From Octopus sinensis (Eukaryota), in NCBI RefSeq assembly GCF_006345805.1, contig NW_021833065.1, forward strand, positions 124,001 to 188,000: a stretch of 64,000 nucleotides of DNA, written 5' to 3'. How positions within the stretch are numbered: the first letter of the stretch is position 1; the number at the start of each line of letters is the position of its first letter. A program made the translations under genes and the position numbers. The notes beneath the pieces were generated by a model, which was not told the DNA's origin, searched no databases, and worked only from the letters and a program-made list of their open reading frames with translations. Shown one piece after another: positions 10,644 through 23,896 of the stretch.

Positions 10644-13600
10644 AGGGACCTTCTCTTTGTGGCTGGTGACTTCAATGGGCATGTTGGACGATGTGCTGGG
10701 GGCTTCCATGGCGTGCATGGAGGCTACGGTTATGGTTCCCGCAACGAGGAGGGAACCAGGCTGCTGGAGTTCTGCGATGCGAATAGTCTTATGGTTTGCA
10801 ACACTAACTTCAGGAAACCGACAAGCCACCTGGTCACCTACCGATCGGGCCGGCATACTAGCCAAATCGACTACATCCTTGCCAGAAAAAGGGAAAAATG
10901 GCTGCTTATAAATGCCAAAACCTTCCCAGGCGAAGAATGCACCCCACAACATAGACTGGTAGTTAGTGACTTTAGGATCAGGACTAAGAGGGCGACTAGA
11001 AGATGACCAACATGGAGAAGAAGGGTCTGGATGCTTAAGGACCCTGCGAATGGACAGAGATTTAGAGACATGTTACTTGAAGCCTTTGACGAAATGAAGG
11101 GGGTATAGCTACGCAGGGGGTAGAAGACAACTGGACGCTTCTGAGGGACAACCTGCTGAAAGCCACTGACCAGATCTGTGGCTAGTGCAAAGTCCCCTTA
11201 AGACCCAAAATAACGTGGTGGTGGAACAATATTGTTGACAGGGCTATTAGACAAAAGAAACAGGCTTGGAAGGCCTGGAAGAACGGTGGTAGCAGGGAAG
11301 TGTATCAGACTGCCAGAAGGGAAGCTAGGAGACAGGTCTATCTAGCCAGAGGGGAGGCAGATAAGGAAAAATTTGCCAATGTCCTGCGCCGTGAGAATGA
11401 AAGACTTGAGGTATTTCGTGTTGCAAGACAGTGTGTGAGAGAGAATCGTGACGTAGTAGGAGAGAAATGTGTTCGCAAGGATAACGGTTCACTTGCGCTA
11501 AATGAGGATGCAAAGAGAGAGGCTTGGAGACGCCACTATGAAAGGTTGCTGAATGAGGAAAATGAATGGGATAAAGAGAGTCTGCCGAATGTCGACCCAA
11601 CAGAGGGACCAGTAATCCAAGTTAACAGTTCCTTAGTAGATAAGGCAATTAGAAGCATGAAAACAGGGAAAGCCCCAGGCCCATCAGGAATTACTGCAGA
11701 GATGCTCAAAATATCTGGTAGTGTCGGCTATAGCTTAGTCACCCGTATAGTTAACCAGGTGATACACGAAGGAGTCATACCCAATGACTGGTGTAGCAGC
11801 ATAATAGTCAACTGCTACAAAGGTAAAGGCGACGCCCTAGATACAAATAACTACAGGGGCATCAAGCTGCTGGATCAGGTAATGAAGGTTACGGAGAGGG
11901 TTATAGCCCAATTAATTAGAGAGAGAGTTAGCTTAGATGATATGCAGTTTGGGTTCGTGCCAGGGAAAGTACTACTGATGCTATATTCCTGGTAAGACAG
12001 CTGCAGGAGAAATACCTAGCCAAAGATAAGCCCTTGTACCTGGCTTTTGTTGACTTGGAGAAAGCCTTTGACAGGGTCCCCCGATCCCTTATCTGGTGGT
12101 CAATGAGGAAACTAGGGATAGATGAATGGCTGGTGAGAGCTGTGCAAGCCATGTACAGGGATGCGGTAAGTAAGGTTAGGGTTGGCAACATGTACACAGA
12201 AGAATTCAAAGTAGAGGTTGGGGTCCACCAAGGTTCAGTCCTCAGTCCCCTCCTATTTATCATAGTCCTCCAAGCAATAACGGAGGAATTCAAGACAGGA
12301 TGCCCCTGGGAGCTCCTCTATGCTGATGACCTTGCTCTAATTGCTGAGTCACTATCAGAACTGGAGGAGAAGTTTCAGGTGTGGAAACAAGGATTAGAAT
12401 CGAAGGGCCTTAGAATCAACCTATCCAAAACCAAAGTCCTAATAAGTAGGAAGGTGGACCAATCACAAACGACTTCAGGTAGATGGCCCTGCTCGACCTG
12501 TAAAAAAGGTGTAGGTAGAAACTCTATAAGGTGCACCAAGTGTAAGCTATGGACACATAAGAGGTGCAGCAATGTCAAAGGAAGGCTAACTAGGAAAATA
12601 GTTTTTGTCTGTGGCAGATGCTCAGGAGCAATAAACACTGGAAATGTGCAGAGACCAACTTCTACCACGTTCCAGGGAGACAAACTAGAAGTAGTTGATG
12701 CTTCCGCTACCTAGGAGACCAAGTCAGTAGCGGGGGTGGGTGTGCTGAAAGTGTTTCTGCTAGAGTAAGAATAGCCTGGGCAAAGTTTAGAGAGCTCTTA
12801 CCCCTGCTGGTGACAAAAGGCCTCTCGCTCAGAGTAAAAGGCAGACTGTATGATGCATGTGTACGTACAGCCATGCTACATGGTAGTGAAACATGGACCG
12901 TGACTGCTGAGGATATGCGTAAGCTCGCAAGAAATGAAGCCAGTATGCTCCGATGGATGTGTAATGTCAGTGTTCATAATCGTCAGAGTGTAAGTACCTT
13001 GAGAGAAAAGTTGAACCTAAGAAGCGTCAGTTGTGGTGTGCAAGAGAGACGGCTGCGCTGGTATGGTCATGTGACGAGAATGGCTGAAGATAGTTGTGTG
13101 CTAAAGTGCTACACCCTAGCAGTTGAGGGAACCTGTGGAAGAGGTAGACCCAGGAAAACCTGGGACGAGGTGGTGAAGCACGACCTTCGAACTTTAGGTC
13201 TCACTAAGGAAATGACTAGAGACCGAGACCTATGGAAGTATGCTGTGCGTGAGAAGACCAGGCAAGACTAGTCAGGCCATAACCCGTGGCCCCTACCTGG
13301 GACGTAGTCAGTCATCCACCTGTGCATACCTTCCTTCTTGTGACACTTGTGAAGACCTGTTGAGGCAAGTGAAAATCAAATCAAATCAATCAAATCAAAA
13401 TAGATGAACATCAATGGAATTTGTATCTTTGTGGTACCAGTGACGGTGGCACACAAGAAAACCATCCGAACGTGGCCGTAGCCAGTACCGCATCGACTGG
13501 CCTCCGTGCTGTGGGCACGTAACAAACACCATCCAATCGTGGCCGTTCGCCAGCCTCATCTGGCACCTGTGTCGGTGGCACATAAAAACACCATCCGAAG

Positions 13601-14752
13601 ACCCGGCAAGACTAGTCAGGCCATAACCCGTGGGCCCTACCTGGGACGTAGTCAGTCCACCTGTGGATTCCTTCCTTCTTGTGACACTTGTGAAGACCTT
13701 TTGAGGCAAGTGAAAATCAAAACAAATCAAAATAGATGAACATCAATGGAATTTGTATCTTTGTGGTACCAGTGCCGGTGGCACACAAGAAAACCATCCA
13801 AACGTGGCGGTAGCCAGTACCGCATCGACTGGCCTCCGTGCTATGGGCAAGTAACAAGCACCATCCGATCGTGGCCGTTTGCCAGCCTCATCTGGCACCT
13901 GTGTCGGTGGCACATAAAAACACCATCCGAAGACCCGGCAAGACTAGTCAGGCCATAACCCGTGGCCCCTACCTGGGACGTAGTCAGTCCACCTGTGCAT
14001 ACCTTCCTTCTTGTGACGCTTGTGACACTTGTGAAGACCTTTTGAGGCAAGTGAAAATCAAAACAAATCAAAATAGATGAACATCAATGGAATTTGTATC
14101 TTTGTGATACCAGTACGGTGGCACACAAGAAAACCATCCGAACGTGGCCGTAGCCAGTACCGCATCGACTGGCCTCCGTGCTGTGGGCAAGTAACAAACA
14201 CCATCCGATCGTGGCCGTTCGCCAGCCTCATCTGGCACATAAAAACACCATCCGAAGACCCGGCAAGACTAGTCAGGCCATAACCCGTGGCCCCTACCTG
14301 GGACGTAGTCAGTCCACCTGTGCATACCTTCCTTCTTGTGACACTTGTGAAGACCTGTTGAGGCAAGTGAAAATCAATCAAAACAAATCAAAATAGATGA
14401 ACATCAATGGAATTTGTATCTTTGTGGTACCAGTACCGGTGGCACACAAGAAAACCATCCGAACGTGGCGGTAGCCAGTACCGCATCGACTGGCCTCCGT
14501 GCTGCGGGCATGTAACAAACACCATCCGATCGTGGCCGTTTGCCAGCCTCGTCTGGCACCTGTGTCGGTGGCACATAAAATGCACCCACTACACTCTCAG
14601 AGTGGTTGGCATTAGGAAGGGCATCCAGCTGTAGAAACACTGCCAGATCTGACTGGCCTGGTGCAGCCTTCGGGCTCCCCAGACCCCAGTTGAACCGTCC
14701 AACCCATGCTAGCATGGAAAACGGACGCTAAATGAATGATGATGATGATGAT
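10644..14752 (+). mobile_element. RTE-clade LINE, 5'-truncated; APE C-terminus and RT split by stops/frameshifts
   Basis: AGDFNGHVG..SQIDYIL..HRLVV (APE); KAPGPSGI, NYRGIKLL, FVDLEKAFDRV, GVHQGSVLSPLLF, LLYADDLAL (RT); RGRPRKTW; (GAT)n tail. Confidence 0.95.
13261..14600 (+). repeat. Four tandem copies (~325-345 bp) of the LINE 3' UTR
   Basis: GGCAAGACTAGTCAGGCCATAACCCGTGG recurs at 13261, 13605, 13937 and 14262. Confidence 0.95.
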
Positions 14753-14759
14753 AAATAGT

Positions 14760-15720
14760 ATATAATACAATTCAAGGAAGTTCACTTTCTATGGTCATTT
14801 CCAGAGTTCATGTCCTGGTAGAAAAATTAATAGAAATCTTACAAACCATGTGAACAATATCCCCTTCATCAGGGAAATCCTCATAAAATCACATTCTTGA
14901 CAATTTTGGGTTTTATTCTTAAAATTACCCACAAAGGGCTACACAAAAAGGGACAACACAAGGACAGCACAAGTGGGGCAAAATAACAAATGAAACAAGA
15001 TGACAAGATGGATGAATGACAGCCACTTGAACCCCACACCCAGATCAACCTCAATGAAACTTTTTTTTAAAGCACCATTTTTACAGTTTGAACATATTTT
15101 AACATCAAGGGATGTTCCAATTTATGATTGCTGGGTAAATAGTTCTGAAACTTACCATATCAGGTCATCCTTCAATTTCAGTTTCTCTTCTCATATTGGA
15201 GATGCTCTTCCTGAAGCACTCCTTTAGTTTACTGAATGTCTCTCTTGGCATCAGTGCACTTTCACATGTGAGGGCACCACCTCACAATTCGAAGTGTCCA
15301 CCCTGACCAGGGATTTCAAACTTTCGATTTCCCTTCTCACACTTTCATTTCTGTTATCAAACATTACAATAAGGTACTTTTTTTTGAGGCCAGGGAGGGG
15401 GATTTTGTGGCTCCTGTGTGTCTGCAAAACTGGTGTTCATGTCTGGTGGTATAGGGTGTGGGCCGATGTCTGTAGGGGGACAGTGGGATAAGGTGGGATA
15501 ACCATTTCTAAGCTCTACCCTTGCCAATTTTTAGGCGCTGTTCTAGTGGCTTGGAGGACCACAATCTTACCTTCAAGGCCTAGCAGTATTGTCACCACCA
15601 GCCAGGTTACATCCACCTCCGTGTGGGAGGGAGATGTCTTCCACCCTTACCCTGAGAGCATGCCTTCCTTCCAAGGTAAATGGGTAGAAGTACCACCTCA
15701 TCAGTCTTTAGGGAGGTTGC
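14760..15720 (-). mobile_element. Highly decayed Penelope-like relic with a hammerhead-like motif at 14784-14878
   Basis: Minus-strand RVELRNGYP and LTCEKC motifs; CTGATGA (plus 14866-14872) ... GAAATGACCATA; UTR shares TTGTCCCTTTTTGT with about 32253. Confidence 0.45.
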
Positions 15721-15843
15721 TGAAAAATGATAATGAGGATTGCTATAATCATAAAGCTTTAATATATATTTATTTGTGTGTGTGTGTGTGTGTGTGTGTG
15801 TGAGTGTGTGTGTATGTTTGTGTGTATGTGTGTGTGTGTATGT

Positions 15844-15885
<42 letters not shown>

Positions 15886-15951
15886 ATGCATGTGTGTATG
15901 TGTGTGTGTCTGTCAATAGTCACTCTGCCAGTATATGGATGTCTCAGATTA

Positions 15952-15994
<43 letters not shown>

Positions 15995-17027
15995 TTATGT
16001 GTGCATGCATGTGCGTGTGAGAAGACAGACAGACAGATAGATTTCTGACATCCATATATTGACAGCGTGACTATTGACATACATAAAGAAGCTATATACA
16101 CAGGATATTATGGCAACAGAGTAGAAACACTTGGAGATAACTTTGAAGTTAGAAAAATAAGCAGAATCATTCAGAGATACAATAGGTCTTTGTTTTTTAT
16201 ACATCCATCACTTTCAGTTTCTGTGAAAATCTTATAGAATGTTCTATCATAGGATCAGAATAGAAGCACTTAGAAAATAATAATGTACATTGAACTTAGA
16301 AAAATAAGTAGAAGCTTTCTGTGATACAACTGACCTTTGTATTTTATGCAGTCATTATTTTGATTTTCAGCGGAAAAGTTTACAGGATATCAAACTCATA
16401 GAATATCTCCTTCTTTTGTAAAATTAAATCATGGCTACACATAATCAGTGTAAAATACATCCATCACAGGAAATGGAAAGTACACAAAGTAGTCACTAGA
16501 TTTGCTAGAAACAGGAGCCAAATTTCTTTCAAATCATACAACCTTCCTCTTAAAAAGTGGAATGACGTATTAGATAATACACAATAGATACAACACTACG
16601 TATGGAAAAATACAAAACTGGATGGTCACGATTAGACTGTTTTTAAGGGGTTAAATAACAACAACAATTAGAATAATATTATGAGTGATAATATGTTAAT
16701 GCAATGATATTTAAGACAGCATGTAGAAAAAATCTTTAACATCTGTTTTGACTATTTCACTCAGCTAAAAATCACCAAAGAGCAACTTTTAACAACAGTG
16801 TGTACTAGTGGTTTGAACAAACTGGAAAAAAGGATATTGAATAACTATAAATTACTTTAACACATATTCTAGCATGTAGGCATGGATTAGATGAGATCGT
16901 ATTCAATATCAATGTGGTTGGACAGTTCTTTCAGTCGATGTAATGAAACATGCTGGTTTAAGAATTTAATCAAAGCAGGAATTTTTCTACCGTATCTCTA
17001 AACTACTACTTTAATTCTTTTAAGAGA

Positions 17028-17353
17028 ACCATCCGAACGTGGCTGTTGCCAGCGCTGCCCCAACTGGCTTCCGTGCACCATCCGATCATGGCCGTTGCCA
17101 GCCTCGCCAGGCCTCCGTGCCGGTGGCACATAAAAAGCACCATCCAATCGTGGCCATTTGCCAGCCTCGGCTGGCACGTAAAAGGCACCCACTACACTCA
17201 TGGAGTGGTTGGTGTTAGGAAGGGCATCCAGCCGTAGAAACATTGCCAGGTCAGACTGGGCCTGGTGCAGCCTTCTGGCTTCCCGGACCCCATTTGCACC
17301 ATCCCATGCCGGCATGGAAAGCAGATGCTAAACGATGATGATGATGATGATGA
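17028..17353 (+). mobile_element. RTE 3' UTR fragment
   Basis: Matches 14450-14752 and ends in (GAT)n. Confidence 0.85.
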
Positions 17354-17786
17354 TAGAACAAACATAAAATATAAATTTGAGCATCAGTATACAAAACAAG
17401 GAAAGTAATTCCTGGAGTAAGGGAAAGTAAATTTTAATGAATCTGTTAACAAAATTAGTAGCTATTTTTATTGTTAGGATTGTTCAGCCGTAGTTCATGT
17501 CTAATCAAACCAACCTTCCATCATCACCATCATCATCCTTTAATGTCAGTTTTCTTTCCATTTTGACCAGCTTGTTATTATCTCTGACATAAAACTATAT
17601 TATCCAAGATTTTTAGATGATAAGAAGTGATTCCAGGGAGATTTAGCTGATATTTCTAGCAGGGTCAAGAGATTCTGTAGAGGATACTCCTTGACTCATC
17701 TTCAAAATTAGTTAGGAAGTTATGTCTGATAGTCAGATTTAAAGTATTTAACTTTCAATATTTTATGCTTTACATATACTCTAGAC

Positions 17787-18409
<623 letters not shown>

Positions 18410-19774
18410 CTCTAGACCTTTTAATTTTTTGATTTATATGACATCTTGAGTATTGACTGAAAAATCTCAATGGAAGTGTCATTTCCCTTGAGACAGAAGT
18501 GATTTGACATTAGGCTATGCAGTTTTTTTTCTCCTTCTTTTGAAAAAATTATTTACATAAGAAGGAACCAGAATAGAATGGAAGATTTTAAAAGAAAAAA
18601 ATACCTTACATTCAATACTTTGTCTCTAAATTTACTAATTGTTAATTAATTAATTTATTTATTTGGTGAAGGTGGCATTCTCTGGAGATAGTTTGTGCTT
18701 ATCAGCATTTAGGTTTCTCTTTAAAATAAGACTTGATTTAGCTTTGAGTTTCAAATGACTTTGCATCAAACAAGATATAAAAATGCTTGGAACATATGAA
18801 TTTCTAAAGTCTTGTATTCTATGACAGAATATTTGATTTTTTTTTCTCTCATATTTGCATTTGCTTTGGTATAGAGTTGGACACTGCAAACAATTCAGGC
18901 ATTTGGAATTATTGGAGTATATTTTTTATTCCTCTCTGTATACTTCTGAATACCAAACATATAGTTAGAAGGGTATGTATTTTCAGTTAGCATGACTGGA
19001 ACAATACTATGAACTTCCACTTCTCTTTGATTCCGGATTTTTACCCTATAAATAAAGTGATTTTGCTTTGCCTAACAACACTCCTTCACACTTGTAGAAG
19101 TGTTTCAATTTTTGAAGTAGGAAAAAAAATATGTTAATTTTTCAATTATTGCACTTCCCTATTTTTAGTGTAGGGTTTTGTATTTGCATGTAATTCAACC
19201 ATACTATAGTAGTGAAATTATAAATATAAATATTGTCCCTGTAGTTTCAAGTTCCTGGACTAGTGAAGTAGGTTCTGGGTATCTAAATGGAATGAATTGC
19301 TATGCAGGAGAAAAAAATATATAAAAATAACACAGACCTAATGACATAATTACTGCTTGCTCTCCATCATTAAAGGGGAAAGTTCATTCTCTTCCCATGA
19401 ATGACGGTTCAAAACAATGAGTGAAATAAATCTAATATATATGAACAATAGGAAAAATCATATCATCTTTCATAACGTTTTATTCTTTCAAAAGTACAAA
19501 AAATATGTCTAATTCAGATTGATATACAGGGAAATAATATTATATTTAGGTATATACTGATTTCAGGAAAAACTTATTCTTCATTCAGATCATAGCCTTG
19601 TAATACATCTACATGTCACTAAAAGATTACTTCCTCTACTAATGCCCAGCTAGCCTTCTCCAAACATCAGCTAATTTCCTCTATGTATTTCCTGCTATAG
19701 GTTGTTGTTTTTTATCATCACTTGCACATTAAAACACATTAGCTGTAAACTCCCTCACAATACTTTTAAAATGA

Positions 19775-19927
19775 ATGGTTGGGTAGTTAAGAAGCTCATT
19801 TTGCAACCACAGGGTTTTGGGTTCAGTCCCACTCTGCAGCACCTTGAGTGAATGTCATCTACTGTAGCCCCAGGGTAAACAATGCCATATGAGTGAATTT
19901 GGTTGGCAGAAACTGTGTGGAAGACTG

Positions 19928-19930
<3 letters not shown>
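19775..19930 (+). mobile_element. SINE family B 5' fragment ending in (TA)n
   Basis: GGGTTCAGTCCCACTCTGCAGCACCTTGAGTGAATGTC. Confidence 0.65.
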
Positions 19931-20007
<77 letters not shown>

Positions 20008-20345
20008 AGATGACAAATGACCAAGATATCTAGTACTTTGCTGTACTCAAGAAGACCCATCCTTCATTGCAAAAGTGTTAATGCCACTCCCCCTGATGAA
20101 GAGGAATGGCCAACAAGAACCCTGTGCTGGTACCACATAAAAAGTGCTCAAGCCATTACCACATAAAAGCACTTGTGCCAGTGTCACACTAAAAGTACTT
20201 AGCACATACTGTAAAGAGGTTGGTATTAAGAAGGGCGTCCATAGAATCTATGCCAAATATGACTGAAATTTGGTGCAGCTCTCCTGCTTGCCAGCTCTGG
20301 TCAAACCGTCCAACCCATGCCAGTATGAAAAACAGACATTAAAGG

Positions 20346-20768
20346 ATGGTGGGGGGGGCAGTGGTGGCAGTGGTGGTGGCAGTGGTGGTGATAGTGGTGG
20401 TGGTGGTAGTGGTGGTGGTGGTGGCAGTGGTGGTGGCAGTGGTGGTGATAGTGGTAGTGGTGGTGGTGGTGGAGGTGGTGGTGGTGGTGGTGGTGGCAGT
20501 GGTGGTGGCAGTAGTGGTGGTGGTGCTGGTGCTGGTGCTGGTGGCAGCAGTGGCAGCGGCGGCAGCAGTGGTGGTGGTGGTGCTGGGGGTGCTGGTGGTG
20601 GTGCTGGTGGTGCTGGTGCTGGTGCTGGTGCTGGTGCTGGTGGTGGTGCTGGTGGTGCTGGTGGTGCTGGTGCTGGTGCTGGTGGTGCTGGTGGTGGTGC
20701 TGGTGGTGGTGGTGCTGGTGCTGGTGCTGGTGCTGGTGGTGCTGGTGGTGCTGGTGATGATGATGATA
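20346..20768 (+). repeat. Compound triplet repeat (GGT/GCT/GGC/AGT)n at the tail of an RTE 3' UTR fragment
   Basis: Directly follows ...CAACCCATGCCAGTATGAAAAACAGACATTAAAGGAT and ends GATGATGATGAT. Confidence 0.9.
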
Positions 20769-21249
20769 TATAAGACTATGTGGACTGGGGCAATACAAGA
20801 AATGATACACAAATCATTCAACTTTGGCATGATACACCAGCACTTTAAAACTTTTAGCATCAAAGATTTTCAATGATTGATTAGTTTTGGCAACACCTGC
20901 TAATATATAGTGTTTTACATTCAGAGTTCAAACCCCTTCAAGGTCTACTTTGTCTCTTATCCTTCCAGGATCAATAAAATAAAGTACCAGCAAAGTAACA
21001 AAGTTGATATAATCAACTGTTTTTTTAACAGAAATGCATGACTATATTCATATGTTAGAAATCAATATTTACAAAATCAATATACAGATATCTAAAATTC
21101 ATGGCAACTTCAATTCATTCTTATAATCTTTTCCCTTTCAACAAAAAATATGTTTGCTGTAAAGTTTAAAATATTGAGCTAGTTGTCTACTTAATAAATT
21201 TAGCAATTCTATCCAGACAAAGTTAAGTTCTGAACAAATATGTATTTCA

Positions 21250-21456
21250 AATTTTGGCACAAGGCCAGCAATTTGAGGGGAGGGGCTAAATCAATTGCAT
21301 CAACCCCAGTGCTCAACTGGTACTTATTTTAGCAACTCTGAAAGGATAAAAAGCAAAGTTGACCCCAGCAGTATTTGAACTCAGAACATAAATTTGAAAG
21401 AAATCCCACTTAGCAGTTTGTCTGGTAGGGTGATGATTTTACAAGCTAACCACCTT
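21250..21456 (-). mobile_element. SINE family A, diverged copy
   Basis: CAACTGGTACTTATTT..GAAAGGATAAAAAGCAAAGTTGACC..TTTGAACTCAGAA. Confidence 0.7.
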
Positions 21457-23215
21457 AAATTCTAAACAAATATTAAAATACTGTATAATAAGCTATATTA
21501 ATTTGATAAATGTTGATAGTTTTTCTCTTGATAAATAAAATTCAAAGTAATAATTTTATATAGTAAAGTATTTCTATTACTCCAGCTTTGTATATAAGTG
21601 TCTCATTAATTATTCCTGTTAATAATATGGTACCAGTTACTTTGTCAAAGTTCAGTGACCAACTTAATACACATATACTAATTTAGGTGGTTCCATTTTA
21701 ATCTGTCCAATTAAGCATATGTCAGATACTTGAATATTTTAACACTACTATCTTTCTTGTAAAGGAGGTGCAGTTAGGAAAATATTGGCCTTGGTTAATA
21801 ATTACCTCACTACACCTTTATCACAATCAACTATTCATCATTTTCTTTCTCTTTATTACTAGCGCTTTTGTGAAGCTCCTGGTAAGCCCAGACCAAGCAG
21901 ATCTGTGATGACTAAAAACAGCCATCCCATGGTAGTCTTAAGGTGAACATTCCATACTTCATTCAGGCATTGTGTATCTTAAACTACAATATCCAATGTG
22001 TCTCTCCCCTTTCAGTATGGTATGATTTGAGAGCAATTTCACTGTTATTTCTAGCAGGTAGGACAACCAGATGAAGGGTTAACTTAAAGTGATGGGTCCA
22101 TTCTTAGAGTCTTTTAAGGTCTTCCAAAACTGAGCAAACTGCTGGATACAGTTATTAAGGATTATGTTCAGTTTAAAATAGTGGAATTTAGTTTTCAAGA
22201 GTAAAGCATTTTGAGACAGGCAGGTTTCATGAGATGTGAAATGTAAGAAATGAAGGATTGGGTAGGACCAGTGGCAGCTCATAGATAAAATTAGTGGTGG
22301 GTGCTGCTTCAGAAAATTTTTAGCCATTGTTTTAATATTGTGTAGAAGGAAACAAACATATAAAAAGAATATTTATACATAAACTTGATTGGTTTGCGTT
22401 TTAGCCACTGCCAGATAGTGTGTTTAATTTGTTCACTGAACACTGCTACGATTTCCCTTCTTGTTTTTCAAAAATCCCCACTAAATCACAAAATAATGGT
22501 GGAAAATCTGCCCAATTTTTCAACTCCTGGCAGCAACACTGATGTTGGAAGCAGGATAATAATCTAATTCTACACTTTATCACATTCAAGAATATAAACA
22601 TGCTTTTAAGCACAACACACATGGAGTCAAAAAGAAACACTACCTTTCACCGGCACTGCATGAACGACAGTGCCCTCTCTCCCTAGCATGAAGTTTCTCA
22701 TCTCGGACATGTGAGCATGTGCACAACAGCCAAACACTGCGTTGCTAGAACTGTGAAGAGCACAGTTCTATACAAAGATTTTTGTATTTTTTTCATAAAC
22801 TAGGGGATGGCTACTGACATTAAGCTTAAGGATTATATAATGTGCATGTATAAAGAAAGAATTAAAGAAAAAAAGACTCATTATATTGAACATTATCGAT
22901 AATATCAAGTGGGAATAGGGGGTGCTGGAGTTCTGCAGTGTCTATATATGAGCCACCACTGGGTAGGACAAAACTAAATAACACTATTAATGCAAGGCAA
23001 AGAGACAGTTGCAACAAATGGGTATAGCTGAAGTGATATAAAGTGGAAATACTTAGCAAAGTAACAATCTTTGTCAATATCCATTTCCAGTTCCACTATG
23101 GTATGGTTGTTTTATAGCTGAGAGTAGGGCCGCATTATTAGCAATCCTATCAAGGCTTAAGTCTACAAATTAAAAGAACTGTTGTTAAGCTTAACAGTGC
23201 TGTTACCTCTTACAG

Positions 23216-23896
23216 CAGGGGTCAGGGAACTTTTTAACCAATAACCCCAAAATATATTGATTTACACCAACGTTACCCCCTTGATTTGAAAGGAAGAAAA
23301 TCATAGGCTCTTTGAATTCAAAAGGTTTATTAAATCTATTTATATGGAGAATACAATTATAAATAATTAAAAAAAGTATAAAACAAATGCAATAGAATAA
23401 ATATCCTCTTTATGAAACAAAAAAATTTTTCTAGAAAGTTTTTCACTTCAGGTTTTGGAGAAATGTTTCATTTTGGTCACGGTTACATCAAAATTGGGGC
23501 ATTTTGATGCCAGAGCAATTTGTATACAGTCTTCGGGATCCAATCAGTTTCATTAAAGGGCTGAATTGAACAACTACTTAAATCTACTTAAACAAAGAAA
23601 AAACATGTGTTAAAAAAATAAGGTTAAGGCAGGTAATAGACAACTGACAAATGATATCTGTTGAGTCATTTGACAACACTTTAGCAACCAAATTGTTTGT
23701 AGTTCAAAATGACATGACATCTCCAAAACACGTTCAATAGATTGGACAGATGTAGTGTTGCCAGAAGAAAAATTTCTGTCATAACAAGGAACATGTTTTT
23801 TATATAATCTCACTTATGTCTAATGAGTCTTCATTACCCACAACAATTTCATTTTTACCCCACTTTGGGTAATTTACCCTGGTTCCCCAACCTCTG
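23216..23896 (-). mobile_element. Internally deleted hAT element with transposase C-terminal remnant
   Basis: Ends CAGGGGTCAGGGAAC / GTTCCCCAACCTCTG; degenerate 8-bp TSD (5/8 match); minus frame LDPEDCIQIALASKCPNFD resembles the hAT C-terminus. Confidence 0.65.

Noticed and set aside
10644-13271. Active autonomous LINE
   Set aside because: 5'-truncated within APE, with stops and frameshifts splitting the ORF into at least four pieces; no TSD found.
13261-14600. CRISPR-like repeat array
   Set aside because: Units are whole duplicated LINE UTRs with no unique spacers; eukaryotic context and no cas genes.
18660-19100. Minus-strand Cys-containing frame (KCLNCLQCPTLYQSKC) as a LINE ORF1 zinc knuckle
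   Set aside because: Too degenerate, with multiple stops, to support without a search.
20270-20876. Fibroin-like poly-Gly/Ala and His/Gln-rich ORFs as real proteins
   Set aside because: Open in several frames because of a triplet repeat; the N-terminus is RTE 3' UTR and there is no signal peptide or splice evidence.
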